DNA from: an uncultured Gemmatimonadales bacterium
GTDB lineage: Bacteria > Gemmatimonadota > Gemmatimonadetes > Longimicrobiales > RSA9
Direction of reading: 5' to 3'
Assembly (NCBI GenBank): GCA_963816355.1
Contig: CAWFKH010000001.1
Location: 352,001-416,000 of the forward strand
Length of the DNA: 64,000 bases
How positions within the stretch are numbered: position 1 is the first letter of the stretch; each line of letters opens with the position of its first letter. Both the position numbers and the translations under genes were made by a program. The notes beneath the pieces are model-generated. The model did no database searches. It saw only the letters and a program-made list of their open reading frames with translations, and was not told where the DNA came from. This document shows positions 38,860-48,947 of this stretch, piece by piece.

Positions 38860-41354
38860 GCCCCGTGCGACGACTGGCCGACCTCGACCCCGCCACACTC
38901 GACCGCCTCCTGGTCCGCGGCCGCGCCGGCGACGCCGCCGTGGCGCGCTCCGTCGCCGCCGACATCGCCGACGTCCGGGCCCGCGGCGACGACGCCCTCC
39001 GCGACCTCGCCCGCCGCTACGACGGCGTGGCGCTGGACGCCCTGGACGTGCCTCGCTCTGCGTGCGACGAGGCGCTCCGCGCCCTCGACCCGGCCCTCCG
39101 CGACGCGCTGCAGCGCGCCGCCGACGCCATCCGCCGCTTCCACGCCGCGCAGCGCCCGACGGCGCTGGTGTTCGACGCGGCGCCGGGCCTCACCCTCGGG
39201 CGCCGCCCCGATCCGCTCCGGCGCGTCGGCGTCTACGCCCCGGGCGGCCGCGCCGCGTATCCGAGCAGCGTCCTCATGGGCGTCGTTCCCGCCCGTGTCG
39301 CGGGTGTCGAGGAGGTGGTGGTCTGCTCGCCCCCGGCGTGCGACGGGCGGCCGTCGCCGCTGGTCATGGCGGCGTGCGCGGTGGCGGGCGCCGACCGGCT
39401 CTTCGCGCTGGGCGGCGCGGGGGCCGTGGCCGCGCTGGCGTTGGGCACGCCCTCCGTGCGGCGCGTGGACCGCGTGGTCGGGCCGGGGAACGCGTACGTC
39501 GCGGAAGCGAAGCGTCAGCTTTCGGGCGAGGTGGGCACGGACGCGCCGGCGGGGCCGTCGGAGCTGCTGGTCGTGGCCGACGCGGAGGCCGATCCCGCCG
39601 TCGTCGCCCTGGAGCTGCTGGCCCAGGCCGAGCACGACCCGGACGCCGCCGCCGTGCTCGTGAGCACCGACGGCGCGGTGGCGGCCGCGGTCGCCGTCGA
39701 GCTGGACCGCCGGGCGCGCGACGAGCCCCGGGCGGAGATCGTCCGCGCGTCGCTCGCCGCGGGCGGCGCCCTGTTGCTGGCCGACGACCTGGACGCCGCG
39801 CTGGCCTTCGCCGAGCGCTACGCGCCCGAGCACCTCCTGCTGCTGGTGGACTCGCCGCGCGCAGCGCTTCCCCGCGTGCGGGCCGCCGGCACCGTCTTCC
39901 TCGGCCCGTCCACGTCCGTCACCTTCGGCGACTACGCCACCGGTGCCAACCACGTCCTGCCCACCGGCGGCCTCGCCCGGGCGTGGTCCGGCCTCGCCCT
40001 GGACGACTTCTTCCGCTGGACCACGTGGCAGGAGGCCACGCCCGCCGCCGCCGCCGACCTGGCCCGCACGGTGGCGCCGCTGGCCGAGGCCGAGGGGCTC
40101 CCCGCCCACGCCGCCGCCGCCCGCCGGGCCGCGGCCGGCGGCGCCGGCGCGCGGCGGCCCGCCACGGGCGCGGTGCGCCCGGCACCGGCACCGCGCGCCG
40201 CGTACGGGGAGATGGCGCCACGCGCCGCGTACCCGGCACCGGCACCGCGCGCCGCGTACCGGGAGCTGGCGCCGTACGATCCCGCGCGCCCGCCACTCCC
40301 GCTGGACCTCAGCGCCAACACGAACCTGTGGGGCCCGTGCCCCGCGGCGCTGGACGCGCTGCGCTCGGCAAAGGTGGACGCCTATCCCACGCCCTACGCG
40401 GACGCGCTGAAGCGAGCGCTCGCGGAGCGCTGGGGCCTGGCGCCGGAGCAGGTGACCACCGGCTGCGGATCGGACGACGTGCTGGACTCCACCATTCGGG
40501 CGTTCTGCGACCCCAGCGCCACGGTCGCCTACGTGTGGCCGACGTTCGGCATGGCCGCGGAGTTCGCCCGCCTGAACGGGGCACGTCCGGTGCCGGTGGA
40601 GGCGCGGCCCGGCGGCGGCGGTGACGGCGGTGACGGCGACGACGCGCTCGCGGAGCTGGCGGCGGCCGACGTCGCCTACCTCTGCCGCCCCGAGAATCCG
40701 ACCGGTGAGATGATGCCGCGGGAGCGTGTCCTGGCGCTGCTGGAGCGTGCGCGGGGGCTGGTGCTCATCGACGAGGCGTACGGCGAGTTCGCCGGCGAGT
40801 CGCTCCTCGACGCGGCGCTGGCGTCGGGCAGGGCCGTGGTGGTGCGGACTCTGTCGAAGGCGTACGGCCTGGCGGGACTGCGCGTAGGCTATGCCCTCGG
40901 ACCCGCGCCCCTGGTCCGCGCCATCGAGCTGTCCCGCGGGCCGTACAAGGTGGGCGCCGCCGCGGAGGCCGCCGCGGTGGCGGCCGTGCGCGAGGGCGGC
41001 CGTTGGGTGGCCGACGTCGTCCGCCGGACCGCCGCGAACCGTGCCCGCCTCGCCGCCGAGCTTCGGGGTCGCGGCCTCCGCGTCCTGGACGGCAGCGGCA
41101 ACTTCCTGTTGGTGCGCCCCGGCGCCGCGCCCGCCCCGGCGGGCGCCGGCTGGGCGGCCGCCGTGAAGGCGGGCCTCGCCGCGCGGGGGATCGGCGTCCG
41201 CGCCTTCCCCGCCCTCCCCGGCCACGGCGACGCGCTGCGCGTCACCGTGGGTCCCTGGGCCGCGATGGAGCGGTTCCTGGAAGCGCTGGACGCCCTGGAA
41301 GCGGTGCCCGGCCGGGACGTATCGCCCGCCGCGGGCCGGGAGGTGGCGCGATGA
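38856..41354 (+). CDS. hisD: Fused histidinol dehydrogenase / histidinol-phosphate aminotransferase (HisD-HisC)
   Basis: GVYAPGG, GPGNAYV, AGPSE, QAEHD, YAPEHL, NHVLPT, then DLSANTN, DEAYGEF, RTLSKAYGLAGLRVGY in one 832-aa frame. Confidence 0.9.
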   Translation: MSPVRRLADLDPATLDRLLVRGRAGDAAVARSVAADIADVRARGDDALRDLARRYDGVALDALDVPRSACDEALRALDPALRDALQRAADAIRRFHAAQRPTALVFDAAPGLTLGRRPDPLRRVGVYAPGGRAAYPSSVLMGVVPARVAGVEEVVVCSPPACDGRPSPLVMAACAVAGADRLFALGGAGAVAALALGTPSVRRVDRVVGPGNAYVAEAKRQLSGEVGTDAPAGPSELLVVADAEADPAVVALELLAQAEHDPDAAAVLVSTDGAVAAAVAVELDRRARDEPRAEIVRASLAAGGALLLADDLDAALAFAERYAPEHLLLLVDSPRAALPRVRAAGTVFLGPSTSVTFGDYATGANHVLPTGGLARAWSGLALDDFFRWTTWQEATPAAAADLARTVAPLAEAEGLPAHAAAARRAAAGGAGARRPATGAVRPAPAPRAAYGEMAPRAAYPAPAPRAAYRELAPYDPARPPLPLDLSANTNLWGPCPAALDALRSAKVDAYPTPYADALKRALAERWGLAPEQVTTGCGSDDVLDSTIRAFCDPSATVAYVWPTFGMAAEFARLNGARPVPVEARPGGGGDGGDGDDALAELAAADVAYLCRPENPTGEMMPRERVLALLERARGLVLIDEAYGEFAGESLLDAALASGRAVVVRTLSKAYGLAGLRVGYALGPAPLVRAIELSRGPYKVGAAAEAAAVAAVREGGRWVADVVRRTAANRARLAAELRGRGLRVLDGSGNFLLVRPGAAPAPAGAGWAAAVKAGLAARGIGVRAFPALPGHGDALRVTVGPWAAMERFLEALDALEAVPGRDVSPAAGREVAR

Positions 41355-42016
41355 GGGTCCTCGTCTTCGACTACGGCACCGGCAACCTCCACTCGCTGGT
41401 GAAGGCGCTGGAGCGCTGCGGTGCCCGCGCTGCCGTGGGAGACCGGCTGGACGGGGCCGACGCGCTGGTGCTTCCCGGCGTGGGCGCGTTCGGCGCAGCC
41501 GCCGGCCGGTTGGCCCCTCACGCTCCGGCCATCGCCGCGGCGGCCGGCGCGGGGCTGCCGGTGCTGGGCATCTGCCTGGGGATGCAGCTCCTGCTGGACG
41601 GGAGCGACGAGGGCGCCGGCGCCGGCCTCGGGCTGGTGCCCGGCCGCGTCGTGCGGCTCCGCGCCCGCCGCGTCCCGCACATGGGCTGGAACACCGTCTC
41701 GCCCGCCGGCGACGACCCGCTCTTCCGCAGCCTGGCCGGCGAGCGCTTCTACTTCGCCCACGGCTTCGCCGCTTCGACCGAGGACGCGGGCGACGTGGCG
41801 GCGTGGACGCGACACGAGGGCGAGGCCGTGGCCGCCGCCGTGCGCCGCGGCCGCGTAGCGGGAACGCAGTTCCACCCGGAGAAGAGCGGGGCCGCCGGCC
41901 TCCAGCTCCTCCGCAACTTCCTGGACGACGCGCGTCGCGCCTCCGATTGCGGCGCATCCGGCGCCGCCGCCACGGCGGGCTCCCCGCCCGTCCCGAGCGG
42001 CGGGACGCGGCCATGA
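41351..42016 (+). CDS. hisH: Imidazole glycerol phosphate synthase, glutaminase subunit
   Basis: DYGTGNLHS, GICLGMQ, PHMGWN, QFHPEKS. Confidence 0.96.
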   Translation: MRVLVFDYGTGNLHSLVKALERCGARAAVGDRLDGADALVLPGVGAFGAAAGRLAPHAPAIAAAAGAGLPVLGICLGMQLLLDGSDEGAGAGLGLVPGRVVRLRARRVPHMGWNTVSPAGDDPLFRSLAGERFYFAHGFAASTEDAGDVAAWTRHEGEAVAAAVRRGRVAGTQFHPEKSGAAGLQLLRNFLDDARRASDCGASGAAATAGSPPVPSGGTRP

Positions 42017-42759
42017 ACGTCTACGCGGCCATCGACCTGCGCGGCGGCGCCGCCGTCCAGCTCGTGGGCGGCGACCTCGCGGCCGAGCGGGTGCGCGAGG
42101 CCGACCCGGCGGGCGTGGCGCGGCGCTGGCTGCGGGCGGGCTTCCGACACTTCCACGTGGTGGACCTGGACGCCGCGCTGGAGCGCGGCGAGAACGGGGG
42201 GGCCGTCGCGGAGATCGCCGCTGTCCTGGCGGCGGCCGGCTCGTCCCCGCCCGGCCGGGCCGCGTCCCTCCAGGTGGGGGGCGGCGTGCGCCACGCCGCC
42301 GCCATCCGTGCCTGCCTGGCGCTGGGCGCCCGGCGGGTGGTCGTGGGCACGCGGGCGGTGGAGGACCCGGCATGGCTGGAGGCGCAGGCGGCGGAGCACC
42401 CGGACCGGCTCGTCGTCGCGGCGGACGTGCGCGGCGGCGAGGTGGTGACCCACGGCTGGACCCGCGGCGCGCGCCGCACGGCCGCGGCGTTCCTCGCCGC
42501 CCTCGCCCCGCTGCCGCTGGCGGGCGTGCTGGTGACGGACGTGGCCCGCGAGGGTCGGGAGGCCGGCGTGGACGTGGACGCGTTCCGTCGCCTGGTCGAC
42601 GCTACGCCTCACCCGCTGCTGGCCGCGGGGGGCGTGGCCGGCGCGGCGGACCTGGAGGCCCTAGCGCGGGCCGGCGCGGCCGGCGCGGTGCTGGGGATGG
42701 CGCTTTACACGGGCCGGCTGAGCCCGGCCGACGCACTGCAGTTCGAGGAGGATCGATGA
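42013..42759 (+). CDS. hisA: ProFAR isomerase
   Basis: AIDLRGG, HVVDLDAA, QVGGGVR, TDVAREG. Confidence 0.93.
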   Translation: MNVYAAIDLRGGAAVQLVGGDLAAERVREADPAGVARRWLRAGFRHFHVVDLDAALERGENGGAVAEIAAVLAAAGSSPPGRAASLQVGGGVRHAAAIRACLALGARRVVVGTRAVEDPAWLEAQAAEHPDRLVVAADVRGGEVVTHGWTRGARRTAAAFLAALAPLPLAGVLVTDVAREGREAGVDVDAFRRLVDATPHPLLAAGGVAGAADLEALARAGAAGAVLGMALYTGRLSPADALQFEEDR

Positions 42760-43307
42760 GCGTTCTGACGCGCGAGACGCGGGAGACCCGGGTGAGGGTG
42801 GCGCACGGCGCCGCCTCCGACGGAATCGCCACGGGCGAGCCGTTCCTGGACCACATGCTGGGCACGCTCGCGCGCTACGCGGGCCTGCCGCTGTCGGTGG
42901 AGGCCACGGGCGATCTGCGGCACCACCTGGTGGAGGACGTAGCTCTCACGCTGGGGGCTGTGCTGGCGAGGGACACGCCGCCGTCGTGTGCCCGCTACGG
43001 CGAGGCGACCGTGCCCATGGACGACGCCCTTGTGCAGGTGGCGCTGGACGCCGGCGGCCGCCCGCACTTCGAAGGCCGGCTCCCCGCCGCGCTCTACGAG
43101 CACTTCCTCCGCTCGCTGGCGATGAGCGCCGCCTGGACGCTTCACGTGCGCGTGATCCGCGGGCGCGACCGCCACCACGTGGTGGAAGCGGCGTTCAAGG
43201 CGCTGGGCCTTGCCCTGCGCCAGGCGCGCCGGGCGGACGGCGAGGCCGTCTTCAGCACCAAGGGCGAGGTCCGCCTCGCGTGGGGAAAGGCCTCCGATGC
43301 TGGCTAG
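42756..43307 (+). CDS. hisB: Imidazoleglycerol-phosphate dehydratase (monofunctional)
   Basis: [28 protein letters not shown]. Confidence 0.94.
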   Translation: MSVLTRETRETRVRVAHGAASDGIATGEPFLDHMLGTLARYAGLPLSVEATGDLRHHLVEDVALTLGAVLARDTPPSCARYGEATVPMDDALVQVALDAGGRPHFEGRLPAALYEHFLRSLAMSAAWTLHVRVIRGRDRHHVVEAAFKALGLALRQARRADGEAVFSTKGEVRLAWGKASDAG

Positions 43308-44079
43308 GCGCGTCGTCGTGTGCCTGGACGTGGACGCCGGGCGCGTGGTGAAGGGCGTCCGTTTCCGCTCCCTGCGCGACGTGGGCGATCCCGCGATCCT
43401 CGCCGCCCGCTACGAGGCCGAGGGCGCCGACGAGCTCGTGTTCCTGGACATCACCGCCTCCACCGAGGAGCGGGCGACGATGCTCGACGCCGTCCGCCGC
43501 ACCGCCGAACGGCTCTTCATCCCCCTCACCGTGGGCGGCGGCATCCGCTCCGCCGCCGACGCCGCCCTCGCCCTGCGCGCCGGCGCGGACAAGGTGGCGG
43601 TCAACACCGCCGCCGTGCTGCGACCGACGCTGCTCACGGAGTGCGCCGACCGATTCGGCGCGCAGTGCGTCGTGGCCTCGATCGACGCCCTCGCGGACCC
43701 CGGCTCGCCCTCCGGCTACCGCGTCCGCATCCGCGGCGGGCGCACGCCCGTGGCGCTGGACGCCGTGGCGTGGGCCACACGTTGCGCCGAGCTGGGCGCC
43801 GGCGAGATCCTGCTCACGGCCATCCACCGCGACGGCGAGCGCAGCGGGTTCGACCTCGCCCTCACGCGCGCGGTGGCCGGCGCGGTGTCCGTGCCCGTCG
43901 TCGCGAGCGGCGGTGCGGGCCGGCCGTCGCACTTCGTGGACGTGCTCGGCGACGCCGGCGCCGACGCCGCGCTGGCGGCCGGCATCTTCCACGACGGCGC
44001 GGTGGCGATCGCGGCGGTGAAGGAAGCGTTGGCGGCAGCGGGCTTGCCGGCGAGGCCGGCCGCGCGGGTAATCCCGTGA
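43297..44079 (+). CDS. hisF: Imidazole glycerol phosphate synthase, cyclase subunit
   Basis: CLDV...[30 protein letters not shown]. Confidence 0.96.
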   Translation: MLARRVVVCLDVDAGRVVKGVRFRSLRDVGDPAILAARYEAEGADELVFLDITASTEERATMLDAVRRTAERLFIPLTVGGGIRSAADAALALRAGADKVAVNTAAVLRPTLLTECADRFGAQCVVASIDALADPGSPSGYRVRIRGGRTPVALDAVAWATRCAELGAGEILLTAIHRDGERSGFDLALTRAVAGAVSVPVVASGGAGRPSHFVDVLGDAGADAALAAGIFHDGAVAIAAVKEALAAAGLPARPAARVIP

Positions 44080-44843
44080 CCGGGTCCGGCCAGGCGGCCG
44101 GCGGGCCCGGCGCGGGCCGCGGAGCCGGCGTGGGCCGCGGAGCCAGCGCGGCCCGCGGATCTGGCGCGGCGGGTGGAGCCGGCGCGGCCGGCGGATCCGG
44201 CGCCCTTGGCGGCGGCGGCCTCCTCGATGCCGTCGACTTCGGCAAGGGACCCGTCCCCGTGATCGCGCAGCACCACCTCACCGGCGATGTCCTCATGATC
44301 GCCTACGCCGACCGCGACGCCCTCGAGCGCACCCTCGAGAGCGGCCTCCTCACCTTCCGATCCCGCTCCCGCGGCACCCTCTGGACGAAGGGCGAGAGCA
44401 GCGGGAACCTCATGCGCGTGGTCTCCCTTCACGCCGACTGCGATGGCGACGCCATCCTCGCCCGCGTCCGCCCCGCCGGGCCCGCGTGCCACACCGGCGC
44501 CCGCAGCTGCTTCGACGGCGCCACCGGCAGCGACGCTCCCGTCCCTCTTCCCCGTCCCACCCTGCCCGCCCTCGCCCAGCGCCTCGACGCCCGCCGCGAC
44601 GCGCCCCCCGCCGCCAGCTACACCGCCCGCCTCCTCGCCGACCGCAATCTCCGGCTCAAGAAGCTGGGCGAAGAGGCCGCCGAGCTCGCCGTGGCGTGCG
44701 CCGACGAGGACGCCGCGCGCGTGGCCGAGGAGACCGCGGACCTGCTCTACCACGCCCTCGTCGCCGCCCTCGCCGCGGGCGTCCGGCTCGAAGCCGTGCT
44801 CGACGTCCTCGCCGAACGCGCGGCCGGGCCGGCTTCAGGGTAA
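44076..44843 (+). CDS. hisIE: Bifunctional PR-AMP cyclohydrolase / PR-ATP pyrophosphatase
   Basis: [44 protein letters not shown]; Gly/Ala-rich N-terminus so the start is uncertain. Confidence 0.92.
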   Translation: MTGSGQAAGGPGAGRGAGVGRGASAARGSGAAGGAGAAGGSGALGGGGLLDAVDFGKGPVPVIAQHHLTGDVLMIAYADRDALERTLESGLLTFRSRSRGTLWTKGESSGNLMRVVSLHADCDGDAILARVRPAGPACHTGARSCFDGATGSDAPVPLPRPTLPALAQRLDARRDAPPAASYTARLLADRNLRLKKLGEEAAELAVACADEDAARVAEETADLLYHALVAALAAGVRLEAVLDVLAERAAGPASG

Positions 44844-44995
44844 GGTGCGCGACGAGGCGGCCTGCCCCGAGTCGGCTCGTGCCTGCGCGCGCCGCCGGAA
44901 CGGGCCGCGGCGCTTTCCGGTTTCGTGCTCGAAGCGTGCCCGGCCGGGGCTCGCCGCTACGCCGCTTCTTTCTCCTGTGCCGGACGATCCTGAGC

Positions 44996-46537
44996 ATGGA
45001 AACAGACGTGGAAGGGGGTGCACGGTCCGCGTCGGTCGGGCGAGGAACGGATGCCCGACTTCTCGCGCACGTGCGTCCGCCGGATTGGGTCAATCCCGAT
45101 CCCGCCGACCGCTACGATCTGGTGGTGGTCGGCGCGGGGACCGGCGGCCTGGTGAGCGCCGCCATCGGCGCTGCGCTGGGGGCGCGGGTCGCGCTCGTGG
45201 AGCGGCGCCGGCTGGGCGGCGACTGCCTCAACTTCGGCTGCGTCCCCTCCAAGGGGATGATCCGGGCCGCCCGGTCGTGGGCGGAGGCGCGTGCGTCAGC
45301 GGAGCGGTTCGGCGGCCCGGAGGCGCGAGGGGAGGGGGACTTCTCGGCCGCGATGGCGCGGATGCGGGAGATCCGTGCCGACATCAGCGTGGCGGATGGC
45401 GCCCGCCGGTTCGCGTCGCTCGGGCTGGACGTCTTTCTCGGCGATGCCCGCTTCGAATCGGAGACGTCGCTGCGGGTCGACGACGCCGTCTCGCTCTCCT
45501 TCCGGCGGGCGATTCTCGCCACGGGCGCGCGGCCGACCGTTCCCTCGATTCCGGGGCTCGCCGGCGTAGCATACCACACGAACGAGACGATCTTCGAGAT
45601 CGACGAGCCGCCCGCCCGCCTGATCGTGCTGGGCGCGGGGGCCATCGGCTGTGAGCTGGCGCAGGCCTTCGCCCGCCTGGGCAGCACCGTCACGCTGGTG
45701 GACCAGGAGACGCGGGTGCTGCCGCGCGAGGAGCCGGACGCGGCCGCCGTCGTCCAGCGCGCGCTCGAGCGCGATGGCGTCCGGTTCATCGGCGGTACCC
45801 GCGTGGCGGGTGTGGAGAGCACCGCGCAGGGGATCGCCATCGTTCACGAGGGAGCGGCCGGGCGGGGCCGGGTGGAGGCCGATGCGATCCTGGTCGCCGC
45901 CGGCCGCACGCCGAACGTGGATCTCCGGCTGGAGGCTGCGGGTGTCCGCTACGCGCGCGGCGGCGTCGAGGTCGATGACCGCCTGCGGACGACGAACCAC
46001 CGGATCTTCGCCGTCGGCGACGTCGCCTCGCCCTATCAGTTCACGCACGCCGCCGACGCCCAGGCGCGGCTGGCGGTGCGCAACGCGTTGTTCTTCGGCC
46101 GAGGCAGGGCCAGCGACCTCGTCATTCCGTGGGCCACCTACACGAGCCCCGAGCTTGCGCGGGTGGGGCTGTCCGCGGCCGAGGCGGACGAGCGAGGCGT
46201 GGAGATCGAGACCGTGACGATTCCGTTCGACGACGTCGACCGCGCCCGCCTCGACGGCGACACCGAAGGCTTCCTCCGGGTCCACGTTAAGAAGGGCGGC
46301 GACGAGATCGTCGGGGCGACGATCGTCGCGCCCCACGCGGGCGACCTGATCGCGCAGGTGACGCAGGCGATGACGCACGGCATCGGCCTGGAGAAGCTGG
46401 GCGACGTCGTCTTCCCCTACCCCACGACCGCCGAGGCGCTGCGGAAGGCCGCCGATGCGCGGCGGCGCGAGAAGCTCACGCCGCGGACCGCCGCGGCGTT
46501 CGGCGTCTTCTTCCGGGTCTGGCGTCGACTCGTCTGA
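44996..46537 (+). CDS. Pyridine nucleotide-disulfide oxidoreductase (mercuric reductase-like, no C-terminal Cys pair)
   Basis: GAGTGG, GGDCLNFGCVPSK, GAGAIG, FTHAA, FPYPT. Confidence 0.9.
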   Translation: METDVEGGARSASVGRGTDARLLAHVRPPDWVNPDPADRYDLVVVGAGTGGLVSAAIGAALGARVALVERRRLGGDCLNFGCVPSKGMIRAARSWAEARASAERFGGPEARGEGDFSAAMARMREIRADISVADGARRFASLGLDVFLGDARFESETSLRVDDAVSLSFRRAILATGARPTVPSIPGLAGVAYHTNETIFEIDEPPARLIVLGAGAIGCELAQAFARLGSTVTLVDQETRVLPREEPDAAAVVQRALERDGVRFIGGTRVAGVESTAQGIAIVHEGAAGRGRVEADAILVAAGRTPNVDLRLEAAGVRYARGGVEVDDRLRTTNHRIFAVGDVASPYQFTHAADAQARLAVRNALFFGRGRASDLVIPWATYTSPELARVGLSAAEADERGVEIETVTIPFDDVDRARLDGDTEGFLRVHVKKGGDEIVGATIVAPHAGDLIAQVTQAMTHGIGLEKLGDVVFPYPTTAEALRKAADARRREKLTPRTAAAFGVFFRVWRRLV

Positions 46538-47912
46538 GCCGGCCGTCCGTTCTCCACACCCCCCGCGCCGCCAGGAAGAGAGCCGTCGAAGCCGCGAGTC
46601 CCCAGACGTTCACGCCCAGCAGCGAGGCATAGTGCCCGTCGCCGATGACCATCCAGGCGGGGACGATCCCCAGCGCCTCGATGACGCCCGCCACGATCCC
46701 GGTCCAGAACGCCAGGTGGAACGACGCGGGCGGCGCCCGCAGGAAGATGCCGAGGATGAACGCGGGGGCGAGGCCGAGGACCATGGTCCCGCTGATCGTC
46801 GTCGCCTGCAGGATGGTGGCGCTGGTGAAGAGGGGGAGGCTGCCGAGCACCGCGGCCACGACCATGGCGATGCGCCCCGCCGTGATCCCGCGCGGCTTCC
46901 AGCGGGCGACGCCGGGGATGTCGAGGCTCACGGCCTTGGACACGCTGCTGAACGTCGAGTCGAGGGTGGAGCCGGCCGATGTCATCATGATCACGGTGAC
47001 CACCACCGTCACGGCGGTCCCCAATGAGGCCGCCACGGCCCGCGGCGCGTCGCCGGTCACCGGCAGACCGCCCAGGAAGGCGGTCACGCCCACGAGGCCG
47101 AACAGCGTGATGGCGGCGGCGCCGGCCACACCCGCGAGGAGATAGCTGCGGAGCGTCGTGCGCGCGTCGGAGAGGAAGCCGCGGTCGGTGAGGACCGGGT
47201 CGTGGAACGGGTAGGACAGCGACTGGAGCAGCGCGACCAGGAGCAGGTCCACGCCCCCGGCCATCGTCCACGAGCCGGATCGCACGATCGCCGCCGCCTC
47301 GCCGGCGCCGGTCCCCGGCAGCGCGAGCCCGAGGACCAGGGCCAGGAACCCCGCGAACACGCCCGCCTGGAGCGCGTCCGTCCAGATCGAGCTGCGCAGC
47401 CCGCCTTTCATCGTGTACGCCAGGGTCAGGACCGTGAAGCCGAGAGCGCCGGCGTAGTAGGCGGCCGTCCCCTTCGCGCCGAAATAGGCGCCAACCACGG
47501 CGGTGTTGCTCCAGACCTCGTTGTAGAGCCGGATCAGGATGGCGATGATGAACGTCGCGGCCGCCGCTCTCCCGTAGCGCGACGCCAGCCACGCGGGGAG
47601 CGACTCGGCGGCGAACCGCGTCCGGATCGCCACGATCACCAGGCCGGCGACCGGGATCGACAACCAGTACGCAGCGTACGCGACGGCGCCCGGCAGGCCG
47701 AAGCTCGCGCCGAGGTTCGCCGCGTTCGTCACGGACTTGGCGAAGATCCACGCGATGAAGATCGTCGAGAAGAGCCACACGGTCCCCGGGGGGCGGCCGC
47801 GACGGTCCGTGCCGGCGAAGAACCCGCCGGGCTCGCGCGCGCTCGGCGCCAGGCCCACGAGCGAGACGCCGTAGAGGGCGAGAAGGGTCCACGCCCACGC
47901 CGCGCCGGCCAC
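46476..47912 (-). CDS. Sodium:solute symporter family transporter
   Basis: About 13 TM helices; WIFAKSVTNAA, GGLRSSIWTD, SYPFHDPVLTDRGF, SAGSTLDS. Confidence 0.85.
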   Translation of the reverse strand: MAGAAWAWTLLALYGVSLVGLAPSAREPGGFFAGTDRRGRPPGTVWLFSTIFIAWIFAKSVTNAANLGASFGLPGAVAYAAYWLSIPVAGLVIVAIRTRFAAESLPAWLASRYGRAAAATFIIAILIRLYNEVWSNTAVVGAYFGAKGTAAYYAGALGFTVLTLAYTMKGGLRSSIWTDALQAGVFAGFLALVLGLALPGTGAGEAAAIVRSGSWTMAGGVDLLLVALLQSLSYPFHDPVLTDRGFLSDARTTLRSYLLAGVAGAAAITLFGLVGVTAFLGGLPVTGDAPRAVAASLGTAVTVVVTVIMMTSAGSTLDSTFSSVSKAVSLDIPGVARWKPRGITAGRIAMVVAAVLGSLPLFTSATILQATTISGTMVLGLAPAFILGIFLRAPPASFHLAFWTGIVAGVIEALGIVPAWMVIGDGHYASLLGVNVWGLAASTALFLAARGVWRTDGRLRRVDARPGRRRRTPRRSAA

Positions 47913-47915
47913 CGC

Positions 47916-48947
47916 TCAGAACCTCAGCAGCAGGACGACGTCCACGCTGCGGTCGAGCCACCGCTCGGCCGCGCCGTCGGCCGAGCGCCAGAGGTCCACC
48001 TCGACGAGCCCGTGCAGAAAGGGGGTGAAGTCGTAGCCGATCCCCGGCTGGTGGATCCATTCCCGCCGCCCGAAACCGCCGTACTCGACGCGGCTGAAGT
48101 TGTAGCGCGCGTGGAAGCTGGCGAGCGCGAGCTGCGCGCCCGCCAGCCGGTACGTCGCGGCGCCTCCGGCGCGGGTCGCGGCCAGAGCCATCGGCAGATC
48201 GCCCTCCTCCCGCCGGAGCCACTCGACGTAGCCGACGAACGGCCCGCGGGCCAGCTCGACATCGGCGGAGTAGTGCGGCGCGTGGAAGACCTCCTCGTGG
48301 CCGTCTGCGGACACGGCCACGCCGCGGGCCGCGCCCGTGCCGCCGAGCGTGAGGCCGACGGGGAGCGCCAGCGTAACGCGGCCGTAGACGCCGTCCCGGT
48401 TCCTGAAGGCGTCCAGCGTTTCGAAATCGCGTCCGGGGAGGGCGCCGCTGATCCGATCGGAGTCCAGCAGAAACTGCCCGGTGTAACCCAGGACGGCCGC
48501 CCCCAGCGGCACGGCCCCGGCCGCCTCGACGCCGAACTGCGGGTTCAGTTTGAGGCCGTCGAAGTACTGCACGTTGCCGAAGAAGGAGCCGTCCCAGAAG
48601 CGGCCGAGGGTCTGGTAGATCTTCCCCGCCCGCAGCGTGAGCCGCGACCCTTCCGTCGCCGGCAGCGCATCGAAGGAGGCCCACCCCTCCTGGATCCACA
48701 CGGTGCTCGGGAAGAACTCCCTGAGCCGGGTGTCCCGCCCGCGCAGCTCCGCGTGCGCGCGCCATCGGCCCGCTGTGACGTCGGCCTTCGCGAACGCGGC
48801 GTAAACCTCCGTGCGGGGCGGCGGCGCACCGTCACCGAAGGGCCGATAGTGGAAGAGATAGGCTCCGCCGCTGAACTCGGACCGTTGCGCGGCCACCGCC
48901 GCCGGCAGTGCCAGAACCGCCAGGATCACGGCGCATCGCTTCACCAT
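47916..48947 (-). CDS. Putative outer-membrane porin
   Basis: Signal peptide ending AAQ; LTLRAGKIYQ; amphipathic beta strands; C-terminal LRF. Confidence 0.65.
   Translation of the reverse strand: MVKRCAVILAVLALPAAVAAQRSEFSGGAYLFHYRPFGDGAPPPRTEVYAAFAKADVTAGRWRAHAELRGRDTRLREFFPSTVWIQEGWASFDALPATEGSRLTLRAGKIYQTLGRFWDGSFFGNVQYFDGLKLNPQFGVEAAGAVPLGAAVLGYTGQFLLDSDRISGALPGRDFETLDAFRNRDGVYGRVTLALPVGLTLGGTGAARGVAVSADGHEEVFHAPHYSADVELARGPFVGYVEWLRREEGDLPMALAATRAGGAATYRLAGAQLALASFHARYNFSRVEYGGFGRREWIHQPGIGYDFTPFLHGLVEVDLWRSADGAAERWLDRSVDVVLLLRF

Noticed and set aside
44996..46537. Calling the flavoprotein mercuric reductase MerA
   Set aside because: No C-terminal Cys-Cys pair, no N-terminal metal-binding domain and no adjacent mer genes.
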